Made by a program: the position numbers and the translations under genes. A stretch of 63,861 bases of DNA, counting the filler, from Craspedostauros australis (Eukaryota), in assembly GCA_030167865.1 (NCBI GenBank). It is 14 parts of 14 records of this genome, joined end to end, with 100 filler letters (N's around TTAATTAATTAA, not from the genome) between each part and the next. Parts side by side here need not be neighbours in the genome. Positions count along the whole stretch, not along the records: positions 41,114 to 58,151 come from JALAGF010002260.1; 13 more parts are not named here. One strand, 5' to 3'. Below are positions 47,701-56,635 of the stretch, in pieces (positions within the stretch are counted from its first letter, which is position 1; every line of letters begins with the position of its first letter). The notes below the pieces were generated by a model. That model worked only from the letters and a program-made list of their open reading frames with translations, was not told the DNA's origin and made no database searches.

Positions 47701-50529
47701 GCTGAAATATCCATGCGAGGCAACAGCGCGAAAAGGCAGCAGATGCCCCGCAGCGAGGCAGGTGGGGCGTTTGAAACACTGGGCGTGAGGCTGGCACCAG
47801 ACGGCAATGGGCGTGCGGTGTACAAGGCGATCGAGGACAAGGCGAAAGCATGGTCTGAGAAGGTGCGCACGAAGCGTATACGGAAACAGGACGCATTGGC
47901 GGCGATGAACTCGGTGCTGTTGAAGAAGTTGGAGTATGTGCTACCAGTTGCTCAACTCACGGAACAAGAGTGCCGACAGGTGATGAAGCCGGTCTGGCAA
48001 GTGATGATGTCCAAAATGGGTTACAATCGTGGTTTCCCAAGGGCAATGATACATGCTGCGAAAGGACAGCTCGGAGCTGACGTGCACGAGCTCCACACGA
48101 CTCAAGTGGTGGAGCATGTAGCAATGGTGTTGGAGCATGGCGAGCGGGGAACGATGACGGGACGGCTCATCAGAGGGTCCATCGAAGCTCTCAAGATCGA
48201 GATTGGCACCGGCAAGCCGCTTTTCGACATGGACTTCCGACGATGGGGCTACTTGGCGACAGATTGTTGGATAAAGACGGTATGGCTAGAAGCGCAAGAG
48301 TACGGGGTACACATACGGGAGAAGACGAAGGGAGCACACAAGGTGCGAGAAAACGACAGGTGGCTGATGGAAGAATTTGATCGGCTAGGGTACTCCCGGC
48401 AGCAAATGCAGCGACTTAACCGATGCAGGATGCTCATGAAGACCATGACGGTGGACGATGTGCGAGGCGGGGATGAAGTCCTTCAACACGGCACGGCCCG
48501 AGGCAGGTGGAGCGGCCGGCGCCATATTCAATGGCCGAGGCAAGGTGAAGTGCCGGCATCCGATTGGGCGCTATGGAAGCGTGCTGTACTCCTGGCACGG
48601 CAAAGCAGTGCAGGGGATGACGGAAGCGATAGACGTGATTGGTACTCAATGTGGGACCCGCAGCGCCAGAAAGTGTGGACAAAGACAACCGAGTGCGAAT
48701 GGGAGGAGTGGATCGCACAGAAAGGGGATTCGGCGGGAATGCAAGGGTTCTACCGGTCAGGAGAGAAGGTGCGGCGGCATCAGGTGCACGGCAAAGAGGT
48801 CAAATTGCGGGAGGCGCGAGGCAGAGTGTATGTCGTTGAAACCGGACCCTATGTCGAGGACCACGCAAGAGTACAGGCGAGCGACCAAGCAGAAGCGGGC
48901 ATGGCAGAATGGGTGCAAGCCGTAAAGGAAGGGAATGCTGTGATTAGCACTGATGGCTCCTTCAAACACGGCCGAAGTACAGCTGCGTTTTCACTCAATG
49001 TGCGAGGACAGCGAGCAGGGTGCTTCCAGATGGCCGGGCCAGTAGCAGGACGCACGGAAGTGCAGAGCGCTTACAGGGCAGAGCTGGGAGGCATATGCAA
49101 AGCTGTCGAGACAGCACGAAGGGTGCTCCTACAGCATGATCAAGAATGGCCAGAGAGCGCGGCAATCGTGGTCGCGTGTGACAATCGCATGGCGGGAATC
49201 CACGCAGTGGAGTTCGACAGAGATGTACCGGTCAAAGTGCAACACTTCGACATACTGCGAGCGATCCGCCGAGAGCAGCGACTCATGCCGGTGCGGCTGG
49301 TGTACAAGCATGTGTACGGGCACCAACTGGAGCGAGCGCGCGGCGTAGAGGTCGACGAGTTCTCCTACTGGAACGATGACGTCGACAAGCTGGCAGGCGA
49401 TGCTCAAGGCAAGACGGCGCAAGATTACGATGAGGAATGGCACGACAGCGAGTGGTCTGTATGGGTCGGGGGCGCGAAAGTGTGCATGAGCACCAAGGAT
49501 ACGCTGAGGTCGTACGTGCAGCAGCAGAAGACCGAAAGATGGCAAGGCAGTACGGCCAAAATGCGGCGTGATGCAATGGACGACTTGGATGGCGATGCAG
49601 CTAAGGCCGCAGTGGTCAGTTTGGGAGCAAGCAGACGACGATGGGTGGTGAAACACGCGGCGCACTTTGGCCCTGTGGGACGGAATATGCAGAAATGGAA
49701 GTTCTGGGGCGACAGCTTGTGCCCTGTGTGTCAGTCTGAAGAGGAGACGACAGCCCATGTAATGCAGTGCCAACACCCCGCAGCCGTGCAAGTGAGGCGA
49801 TCGGCGATGGCGACATGGGAGAACGAGATGATGGCGGCCAACGGCGAGCCCTCTATGGTGCGGGAGATTGTGCGGCAAGTGCGACAGTGGACGGAACGGC
49901 AGGACGTCGAGCCTGAAGGCTGGTCGGAGGTTCATCGAGCAGCAACGGCCCAGCAAAGGATCGGATGGGATAAAATGGTTCTGGGAAGGTGGTCCAGGCA
50001 GCGGCGGAAAATACAGGAAGGCGCCATTCGGAGAGGCAATCATCGCGGTACAGCCAAAGGCTGGGTCAGCAAGGCTATCCGAGGGCTGTGGGACGTGCGA
50101 TGGGCTGCGTGGCAGGCTCGGAATCAGGCGCTGCACGAGAATGAGGAGTGGGCCAAGCAGACAGAGCAAGCTCGGAAAGCCCGTGAGGATGTGGCTAGGG
50201 AGTGGCGACGAGGCAGCAGTGGGCTTCTAAGGCCGGATCGCGGTTTGCTGACGAACACGTCCGAGGAGCAAGTTCGACGAATGACGGTTGAGGAGCAGCT
50301 CGCTTGGGTCAGGCACGTGGTGGCGGCAAGGGTCGGAGCGGCAGCCAGCCAGGCCCAGCAGGTGGAGGCCAGAAGTGAGAGGTCGCGTGCGGACGGCGCA
50401 GCGAGGATATCGGGAACGCGTGAAATGCAAGACGGTGAAGGACGGAGGCTGAAGAGGAAGCGTGGGCGCCGGTCCAAGTCTCAGGAGGCGACACGCAAAC
50501 GAGCGAGGAGGAGACGCGAGAATACATGA
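44587..50529 (+). CDS. LINE ORF2 polyprotein: APE endonuclease, reverse transcriptase, RNase H, CCHC Zn motif (true start may be the Met near 44875)
   Basis: APE: QNFGGL, GVTEVN, LMDCNE, PIDGIF, DHR. RT: QYGSRKG, NDLKSCYDRI, QGNGAGP, FVDD. RNase H: TDGS, RAELGG, CDN, HVYGH, ND.VD.LA. Zn motif: CPVC...ETTAHVMQC. Confidence 0.96.
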   Translation: MALRTSGKHGRHRPSVHRRTNRRLTTRGVYAKIRKQVLRKRRLRTVEQRGQGRQLGAAQQHDPSLNAPAIANDIPHQRDRSEKGREEEGRQEETGDMMTRKREGRMRIGMQNFGGLRRARGNVDEGLKQWMNEGEFDVFGVTEVNVDWRGVPEEAQLKNRTKEWWPTGTIQVTTANNETDEVTRSKQWGGTAIISRSQAAIRMIKAGKDATKMGRWAWQLYRGAKQQRLRIVVAYRPCRPRTKGILNTYAQQRKYYNEKGQNVEPRSRMLEDLEAQVKLWKANGEHVVVLMDCNEDTRSKRMKEFMAATDMANAMTANGGTAGATATHRLGKTPIDGIFVSKSVKVERAGMTRWDEGIQERCADHRCLWLEVSMEGVLGQDMPPLRKAVSRRVKTNDPRIVDKFNAAYQAHLKQHNAHNRAILLEKKSEQQWDEKMEQEAEALDRVRVESIWKADKACRKLRMGGIPYSAEYKNIEARIGLWNHVARKQQGRKVSTSLLKRLAKRAKEDRQIAEMVRMNEADVRKERDAAYTKLKNFRGRAAESRSNWLETIAEARAKKEAERQPNKGRGAKRRGQEQRTATQLRQLRSREGVRAMYRRIRQAAGNEGVGGISMVIAPNAQGIWEERTEQEGIERGCMEENKRRFRQTENTPFMYGELARDFGFLGTSAAARATLNGDYKASRWIDPGATKLIKGLRTVAATSIPAGMTTDEFQNGWNKCKEDTSAGPSGLHFGHFKAIAKHRHNSEFEASMSSIAMKSGYSFRRWKQGVDVELMKKANSYRVDKLRTIVLFEADFNFSNKAIGRKAAIQAEKQGGFAEEQYGSRKGHKAIEHALNKQLTLDWLRQTRTPGLLCSNDLKSCYDRIVHSIASIGLQRQGISMTEVHSMFTTLQQLEHYIRTVFGDSKSAYSGRHARTPMQGIYQGNGAGPVIWAVISSPMLDVMRQEGHTARFTTATGNETVNIVGYAFVDDTDLVVNAREGEGIDAAVQRMQGSVDEWERLVRATGGALVVEKSMWWAIDFVWRQDGTWRYATNSEVPAEISMRGNSAKRQQMPRSEAGGAFETLGVRLAPDGNGRAVYKAIEDKAKAWSEKVRTKRIRKQDALAAMNSVLLKKLEYVLPVAQLTEQECRQVMKPVWQVMMSKMGYNRGFPRAMIHAAKGQLGADVHELHTTQVVEHVAMVLEHGERGTMTGRLIRGSIEALKIEIGTGKPLFDMDFRRWGYLATDCWIKTVWLEAQEYGVHIREKTKGAHKVRENDRWLMEEFDRLGYSRQQMQRLNRCRMLMKTMTVDDVRGGDEVLQHGTARGRWSGRRHIQWPRQGEVPASDWALWKRAVLLARQSSAGDDGSDRRDWYSMWDPQRQKVWTKTTECEWEEWIAQKGDSAGMQGFYRSGEKVRRHQVHGKEVKLREARGRVYVVETGPYVEDHARVQASDQAEAGMAEWVQAVKEGNAVISTDGSFKHGRSTAAFSLNVRGQRAGCFQMAGPVAGRTEVQSAYRAELGGICKAVETARRVLLQHDQEWPESAAIVVACDNRMAGIHAVEFDRDVPVKVQHFDILRAIRREQRLMPVRLVYKHVYGHQLERARGVEVDEFSYWNDDVDKLAGDAQGKTAQDYDEEWHDSEWSVWVGGAKVCMSTKDTLRSYVQQQKTERWQGSTAKMRRDAMDDLDGDAAKAAVVSLGASRRRWVVKHAAHFGPVGRNMQKWKFWGDSLCPVCQSEEETTAHVMQCQHPAAVQVRRSAMATWENEMMAANGEPSMVREIVRQVRQWTERQDVEPEGWSEVHRAATAQQRIGWDKMVLGRWSRQRRKIQEGAIRRGNHRGTAKGWVSKAIRGLWDVRWAAWQARNQALHENEEWAKQTEQARKAREDVAREWRRGSSGLLRPDRGLLTNTSEEQVRRMTVEEQLAWVRHVVAARVGAAASQAQQVEARSERSRADGAARISGTREMQDGEGRRLKRKRGRRSKSQEATRKRARRRRENT

Positions 50530-51161
50530 TTTTAGTGAAGAGCACGGCGGATGTGGAATCGGGTGCCCAGTGCGGTATGTTCTATGTGACCCATGGTGAT
50601 GGCAAACCGTGGAAGATGAGGAAGTGAGATCCTTATAGCAGTCGTTCTCGCGCGGTCGGCCGTTAGGGCTCGCCGTATGCAGGCGACTATAAAGCCTTCG
50701 AGGCAACCTTGTGCGCAAGGGATAGTCAGTGAGTTATTATTATTATTATTGCCGATACACTCCGTGTTGTGAACCAGATTGTGACCACACGCCATGAATC
50801 CAACAAAGACACATGCTCTGTTCGTTTTTTCCCTTTGTGTTGTTTCAGCCACAAACACTCCGCCTCGGTTGCTTATGACTGTACGGTCACAGAATCTTTG
50901 ACCAATACGAGCTACATGACTCGTTTGACCCCAAAACTCGCTCTCCATGATCCAATACGCCGACGAGTCCCGTTCTCTCAAGAAAGATCCAGAAAGCGAC
51001 AGACGCAACCCTGCAGAGGCAGCCGCCACCAAACCAGAACTTGCTGGGGCTGCACCTTGTGCGTACCAGTATTTGGACGATCTATGTTTGGTATGGTATG
51101 GCATGGTACGCGTACACCATAGAAGTACCATCGCTCATCCTTACATACTATACTCCAGCAC

Positions 51162-52061
51162 ATGCATGAATGCATACATGCATGCAGAGAGGAAGAGACA
51201 GAACAAGAAGCGCAACGAAACACGATGGCATCCTCACAGTGTGCAAGTACACGGACAGCAGTCACAATGCGGTCCATTCTCACCATCAACACGATCGCGA
51301 TGCTGCTGACGATGCTCAACTGCGTGCTCGTACAAGTCGAGGCGACCAGCAGCGCCGCAAGGATCTCGCAATCGCCAACGACCTACTGGATGGAGCTGAC
51401 CCCCAGCGATCGCGAGATGGTTCTCCTGCGACGGCAGCGCTTCCAGGACATCTTCGATCGCGAGACGCCGCCGCCGCTGCGCAAGATGCTGTGGTGCGGC
51501 CGCCAAGATCATCGATTGACATGGATGCCGGACGCAATCCGCGGCAGGTACCTTGGCCGCGCACGGCGTGTGGAAATGACGGAGCCGCATCCCATGCGGA
51601 CGGATATGTGGAACGTGTCGATGCATTGGAAGGAGAAGCGGCGCAGGCAGGGAAGGCTGGAGGTGGAGTTTCACGAGAACGGTTTTGTGCGATGCTGTTT
51701 TACCGGCGATGGTCAAGATGGCAGTGGCGAGGATACGCAGCACGAGATGCTGGGCATCGGCAAATGGGAGGTGCAGCCATGGGGCGTCTTCTGGACTATC
51801 CATGATGAGAAGCTGGATCGCGAGTACTCATTCTCGGCCGATCTGCTGCTCAATCCATTCGGGGATCAGCCCAAGATGATTCGCGGGGTGGTGACACGGC
51901 AATCCGGTTCCAAGGGCCGCAGAGACGAGCATCAGGATGACGGTTACGTCACAAGAGCCCTGTCTTGGTTTCGGCCTGTCGTTGGCACATTTCGCGCAGT
52001 TGGCACTGGAGAAGACACGGCTGATCTCGGCTACAAGAAGAGGAGGGCGATATCCTCGTAG
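51162..52061 (+). CDS. Hypothetical protein with a probable signal peptide (likely start at MRSILT...)
   Basis: 299-aa ORF with coding-like GC3 bias and a hydrophobic N-terminal segment. No domain recognised. Confidence 0.65.
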   Translation: MHECIHACREEETEQEAQRNTMASSQCASTRTAVTMRSILTINTIAMLLTMLNCVLVQVEATSSAARISQSPTTYWMELTPSDREMVLLRRQRFQDIFDRETPPPLRKMLWCGRQDHRLTWMPDAIRGRYLGRARRVEMTEPHPMRTDMWNVSMHWKEKRRRQGRLEVEFHENGFVRCCFTGDGQDGSGEDTQHEMLGIGKWEVQPWGVFWTIHDEKLDREYSFSADLLLNPFGDQPKMIRGVVTRQSGSKGRRDEHQDDGYVTRALSWFRPVVGTFRAVGTGEDTADLGYKKRRAISS

Positions 52062-52713
52062 AGTGAGATAGTCGTAGCGCTCCTTCGATTGTTCTTGCGA
52101 CGTCGCGAGGACACCAACCGCATGGCCCTTCCTCGGCGAATGGGCTGCGTCGCACACATCAAAAATATGAACGCTCGCAGCGGAGTTCGCGATACGACGA
52201 GTAGCTCGTATGGCGACGATCATTGCATGTCATTGCCATAGTTCACACAATCACGTACTCTCTCTCTCTCTCTGTAGATCTTGGATGACACTCCTCCACC
52301 ATAACTCCATCCCAAGTACGAGTACGTTCTAGTCTGAGTTGCGGCAGCGAGACAACAGCCGTCGCAACAAAGCGCGGCAACATCATGGATAGCGCGTACT
52401 CTTGAATTTGTTGACAACTTGCCACTGGTGTGATGTGGCAAAGTCTCCGTTTGTGATGTTGCCGACCACGGCACGGCTACTACGTACTCGTCTTACCTAT
52501 GCGCGTACAAGCAGGTACATCTGCAGAATGTGGATACGAAAAGCATTGCCTCTCCATGAGTGATCAAGGTAGAGCAAGACTAGTATCATTTGTGCATACT
52601 CGTACATAAGCACTGTGATGATTGTTGCACGCCATTCTGGTTTCAGAAGGAAGGATCTATCAATCGCACCATCACCACATCCATATATATCATCATCGCA
52701 CGCATCACACTCA

Positions 52714-54381
52714 TCACATGCTGACACCATACGCCGCGGCCGCCGCCAACTGCCGCCGCAAAGGACCGATCATCTGAATGGAATTGATTCCAAACGTCGT
52801 GCCGTGCTGCAAGACGGAATTCTTGGAGGTCTCACCAAAGATGCGTTGCAACGCATGGATGCCACTCAATGATAGCGTGATGTTGCGTCGGCGGTTGGCG
52901 TTGTATTCCGGCAGGAACGTGCTGATGTCCATGCCGGCACGATGCGCCTTGCCGACCGTATCGACGAGGACCTCAACGTCTTGTATGCCCAAATTCAATC
53001 CCTGTCCTGCCATGGGGTGCACGGTGTGCGCGGCATCGCCGACCAGCGCGACGCGTCCGTTGACGTAGGAATCTGCATGAAAGCAGGAAAGGGGGAAAGC
53101 GAATTTGGGTCCGATGATGGATTTGATTTTGGGTGGCGCCGTGTAGGTGGCTTGTGACGATGCGTATTGTGCGTTTGGACCTGGCTGTTGCGACGCCAAG
53201 GCCATGCCGTAGTGCATGGTATCCAACACGCGCTCTGTGCCATAAATGATGTTCGATAGGATGGAGGGTGCTGCCTGCTCCGCATCGCCGAATAACGGCG
53301 GGACACGTTGTGGACCTTCCTGCAGCTGCAGATTCAGCTGCTCCACCAGTGCTGCGCCATTCAGGTCGTTGTCATCATTGTCATTATTGTTGTCCTTGTA
53401 CTGCTCCACCACATCCTTCGTGGTGCTCCAAACGACCACAGCATGATTGTCGGAGAAGGTGGGCAATAGCGCCAACGGGTTGCCATCATCGAGGTATCTC
53501 TGGAATGCACGTCTCCCCAGCGGTCGTTCCAATTCGACAGTGAATGTGAGCGCTTGCAAGTTGTACTCGATCCCCTTGCGGCCAATGCCGACTGCCTTGC
53601 GGATGTAGGAGTTGGCGCCATCACATCCAATCAGGAGCTTGGTCGACAGCCTTTCGCCCGATCTCAATTCCACGGTGGCATGCGCCACTGGTGCGGGCGA
53701 TGGGTCTGACGCCGCGGTGGCATTGCCGTTCTGCATCGACTCGATGGTCGCATTGGTCCGACATGTGGTTGTGCCCTGAATGGATTGCCACAAGGTGGAG
53801 ACGAGCGTCTTGTCCTCCACGCAGGCACCCAGAAATTCCGGAGACGTGTCGGAACCATCCACGGTGAGGAGGTCGTTGGAGGTGAATACCAAACTCGCCG
53901 GCGACTTGGCCTGCCACACCTGCATGGAATCGTAGTGTCCCACATTGGGCAGATCCCCAATGATCTGCAACGACTTGGGCGACAGCGCGTACGATCGCGG
54001 ATGAGGGATGGAATTCGCAGACTCTTGGGCTGGTGGTGCATCGCGAGCTTCCAGCAGATGCACATCGAGTCCTGGCAGCTTGTCGTTGAAATGCTTGGCC
54101 AGAGCGCACCCTGTCGCACCGCCGCCGACGATCAGCACATCACAAGTGTCGGCGGTGCCGTCATTTGCTGTTGATGCGGTTGCTGTAGATGTAGATGCTG
54201 TTGATGCCGCGGCAGAGAAGCACCTTCGTGATCCTGTGGATGTGGCCATTGTATTCTGCACAAGAGACGATCGCTGGATCCGTCCAAGGGAGAGCGATCG
54301 CTGTGCAAGCGTACTGGTGAGTGTGGACATCCTTGCCAATGTCATTGTCATTGTCGCCGTCATTGTCGCTGCCACTGGCAT
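52714..54381 (-). CDS. COQ6: Ubiquinone biosynthesis FAD monooxygenase COQ6 (UbiH family) with a mitochondrial-type presequence
   Basis: DVLIVGGG..G, LLIGCDGANS.IR, AFQR....PLALLP, FPL....A.SYV..RVALVGDAAHTVHPMAGQGLNLG..DV; R/S/T-rich leader. Confidence 0.9.
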   Translation of the reverse strand: MPVAATMTATMTMTLARMSTLTSTLAQRSLSLGRIQRSSLVQNTMATSTGSRRCFSAAASTASTSTATASTANDGTADTCDVLIVGGGATGCALAKHFNDKLPGLDVHLLEARDAPPAQESANSIPHPRSYALSPKSLQIIGDLPNVGHYDSMQVWQAKSPASLVFTSNDLLTVDGSDTSPEFLGACVEDKTLVSTLWQSIQGTTTCRTNATIESMQNGNATAASDPSPAPVAHATVELRSGERLSTKLLIGCDGANSYIRKAVGIGRKGIEYNLQALTFTVELERPLGRRAFQRYLDDGNPLALLPTFSDNHAVVVWSTTKDVVEQYKDNNNDNDDNDLNGAALVEQLNLQLQEGPQRVPPLFGDAEQAAPSILSNIIYGTERVLDTMHYGMALASQQPGPNAQYASSQATYTAPPKIKSIIGPKFAFPLSCFHADSYVNGRVALVGDAAHTVHPMAGQGLNLGIQDVEVLVDTVGKAHRAGMDISTFLPEYNANRRRNITLSLSGIHALQRIFGETSKNSVLQHGTTFGINSIQMIGPLRRQLAAAAAYGVSM

Positions 54382-55175
54382 CTGCAGTGGAGTCTTCGCT
54401 GGTAATTGCTAGTGCTGCTGAAGCAACTTCCGTGATATTTGTTCGTTGGTGGTGCCCTTCGTGCTGCGTCTGGTATTAGTGTTGTATGTATTGCGGATGT
54501 GTGTGTATGTAGTACAATGGGTACCCGTCGATCGTACTCCAGCCGCCAACGAACTTGCTGCGCGACAACTGGCGATGACCAGCCAGAGATCTCTGTGGTT
54601 GGAATCACTCGGTTTGGTTCGGCTTTCGCCATTTCTGCGCCACAATTTCCAGTCGTGTGTGTTGGCATATCCGCGAGACTGACCATGGACAGACGAACAC
54701 CTCAGCGCACAACCTGAATCGACCACCAACAAATGACAACAGAAGAACGTTCTTCAACACCTCCATCCTCAACATCAACACGCACATCAACACGCACATC
54801 TCACTGAACACAACCACCATCGAACTCTCTCTGCGTACGAATAATACACACGAGTACTCGTATGGTAATAAGGTGCTCCGACGATACATTGCTCATTGCG
54901 TTCCTCGCGCCAAAACTCCATTCCTTCCCTCCAATCGCACAAGCGAACGCCGACGTTGTCCATCCTTCTTGTTCGTTGGAAGCAGGAACAGGAACAGAAG
55001 CAGAAGCGCTCCAGCGACTCGAACCAGGCAGTGCGACCAACAACGACGCGACACGGCGGACACGAAGATACGAGAACTCTGCAGCACATACATCATTGCT
55101 GCACACTGAAGTCTGCATCGACCTGCCCGCACAGTTGCACAACACTGCAGCAGCAAAGGGACACAACACAATCCC

Positions 55176-56309
55176 ATGTTGCGGATCATGATCATGACGT
55201 TGCGACTGTCCCTCCTGTTGGTTTCCGTCTCGCGTGCAGCGCATGGCTTCGGTGTCACGACGACGACATCGCGATATGCGACACGTTACGTCGCACCTGC
55301 GACCACGAGGAGGTTGCAATCGTCCGCCACCGCAGCGACAGAAACGGAGCAGTCCACCAACATCATCGATGGCAAGACCGTCGCCATGGACATTCGCAGC
55401 GAATTGCGACAGCGATTATCGCAGCTGGCGTCCGTATCCAACAGCACGGCGGCGCCCATCATTCCTGGACTCGCCGTCATTCTGGTGGGTTCGCGACGTG
55501 ACTCCCAAACCTACGTCAACATGAAGAAGAAGGCCTGCGCCGACGTGGGCATTGCCAGCTATGGATACGATTACGAGGAATCCGTCACGCAGGCGGAGAT
55601 TCTGAGCAAAGTGCAGGAGCTGAACGAGGATGACAACGTGCACGGTATATTAATTCAGCTGCCGTTGCCACCGCATCTCGACGAACGTCTCCTCCTCAAC
55701 ACGGTCCATCCCGACAAGGACGTGGACGGTCTGCATCCCGAGAATATTGCCAAGCTGGCCATGCAGCAGGAGCGGCAGCAGATGTGGGATTATGACAACG
55801 CGCTCGATCGGCTGCCGTTTTCGGTGCCGTGCACACCGCTGGGATGCGTGGAGCTGCTGGACCGGTACAACATCACGATGGCCGGCAAGCACGTCGTGAT
55901 GGTGGGACGATCCAACATGGTGGGGCTGCCATTGTCCATGCTCATGCTGCATCGTCGCGCCTCCGTCACCATCGTGCATTCGCAGAGTCAGAACATCGAG
56001 GCCCTCGTCTCGCAAGGCGATATCGTGGTCGTGGCGGTCGGCAAGGCCCATCTCGTGACGGCGTCATGGTTGAAGGAAGGTGCCGTCGTGGTGGATGTCG
56101 GCATCAACAGCATCGATCTGTCACCGGCGGAACAGCAGGCGCGCAATACGAAGCGTAATTACCGGTTGGTGGGCGACGTGGACTTCGATGCCGTGGAATC
56201 CAAGTGTTCCATGATCACGCCCGTGCCAGGCGGTGTGGGGCCCATGACGATCGCCATGTTGCTGCGGAACACCGTCAATGCTTGTCTCCGGGCGAGAGGT
56301 CAGCTGTAA
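55176..56309 (+). CDS. folD: Bifunctional methylene-THF dehydrogenase/cyclohydrolase, probably plastid-targeted
   Basis: IIDGK, PGLAVILVG, YVNMKKKAC, HGILIQLPLP, KDVDGLH, PCTPLG, GRSNMVG.P and TPVPGGVGPMTIAML. Signal peptide ends AHG|F. Confidence 0.95.
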   Translation: MLRIMIMTLRLSLLLVSVSRAAHGFGVTTTTSRYATRYVAPATTRRLQSSATAATETEQSTNIIDGKTVAMDIRSELRQRLSQLASVSNSTAAPIIPGLAVILVGSRRDSQTYVNMKKKACADVGIASYGYDYEESVTQAEILSKVQELNEDDNVHGILIQLPLPPHLDERLLLNTVHPDKDVDGLHPENIAKLAMQQERQQMWDYDNALDRLPFSVPCTPLGCVELLDRYNITMAGKHVVMVGRSNMVGLPLSMLMLHRRASVTIVHSQSQNIEALVSQGDIVVVAVGKAHLVTASWLKEGAVVVDVGINSIDLSPAEQQARNTKRNYRLVGDVDFDAVESKCSMITPVPGGVGPMTIAMLLRNTVNACLRARGQL

Positions 56310-56635
56310 CGTGCGTGTGGATGCGCAGATATGTGGATGTGGTTGCGGACGTACACTCCAGCGGATGGTCATGACAGAGTATTAAGATAATAGAGTACTT
56401 AGATAGTACATATAATATAATATTCTACTATAAATGTCCCACTATTGCATACCACTATACTATACCTCCATAGTACTCTATGATGGTCGACGAGTCCTCT
56501 CTCTCTCTCGATTTGGTTCCGGCACATACCGACATGTTGTCCAAACATTATAGTTTCGGAACTCCGACAAACCAAACCAAAGAAAAATAAAAACTAATTA
56601 ATACCCTAACACAACACAAACAACAGCAAAGCAAA

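Larger units (their letters stand above)
41882..50746 (+). mobile_element. Full-length non-LTR retrotransposon, Ambal-like (diatom APE-RT-RNase H LINE)
   Basis: 139-nt 5' UTR, two long intact ORFs, about 200-nt 3' UTR, (TTA)n tail at 50734-50750 and flanking 16-bp TSD. Confidence 0.93.

Noticed and set aside
44587..50529. RT as a retron, DGR, group II intron or bacterial defence RT
   Set aside because: The APE and RNase H domains, upstream ORF1, tail and TSD define a eukaryotic non-LTR retrotransposon.
50685..50727. Hammerhead ribozyme in the LINE 3' UTR
   Set aside because: Three-stem topology, but no CUGANGA/GAAA core on either strand.
51162..56309. COQ6-folD-hypothetical as a metabolic gene cluster
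   Set aside because: Different predicted compartments and pathways; ordinary adjacency in a compact genome.
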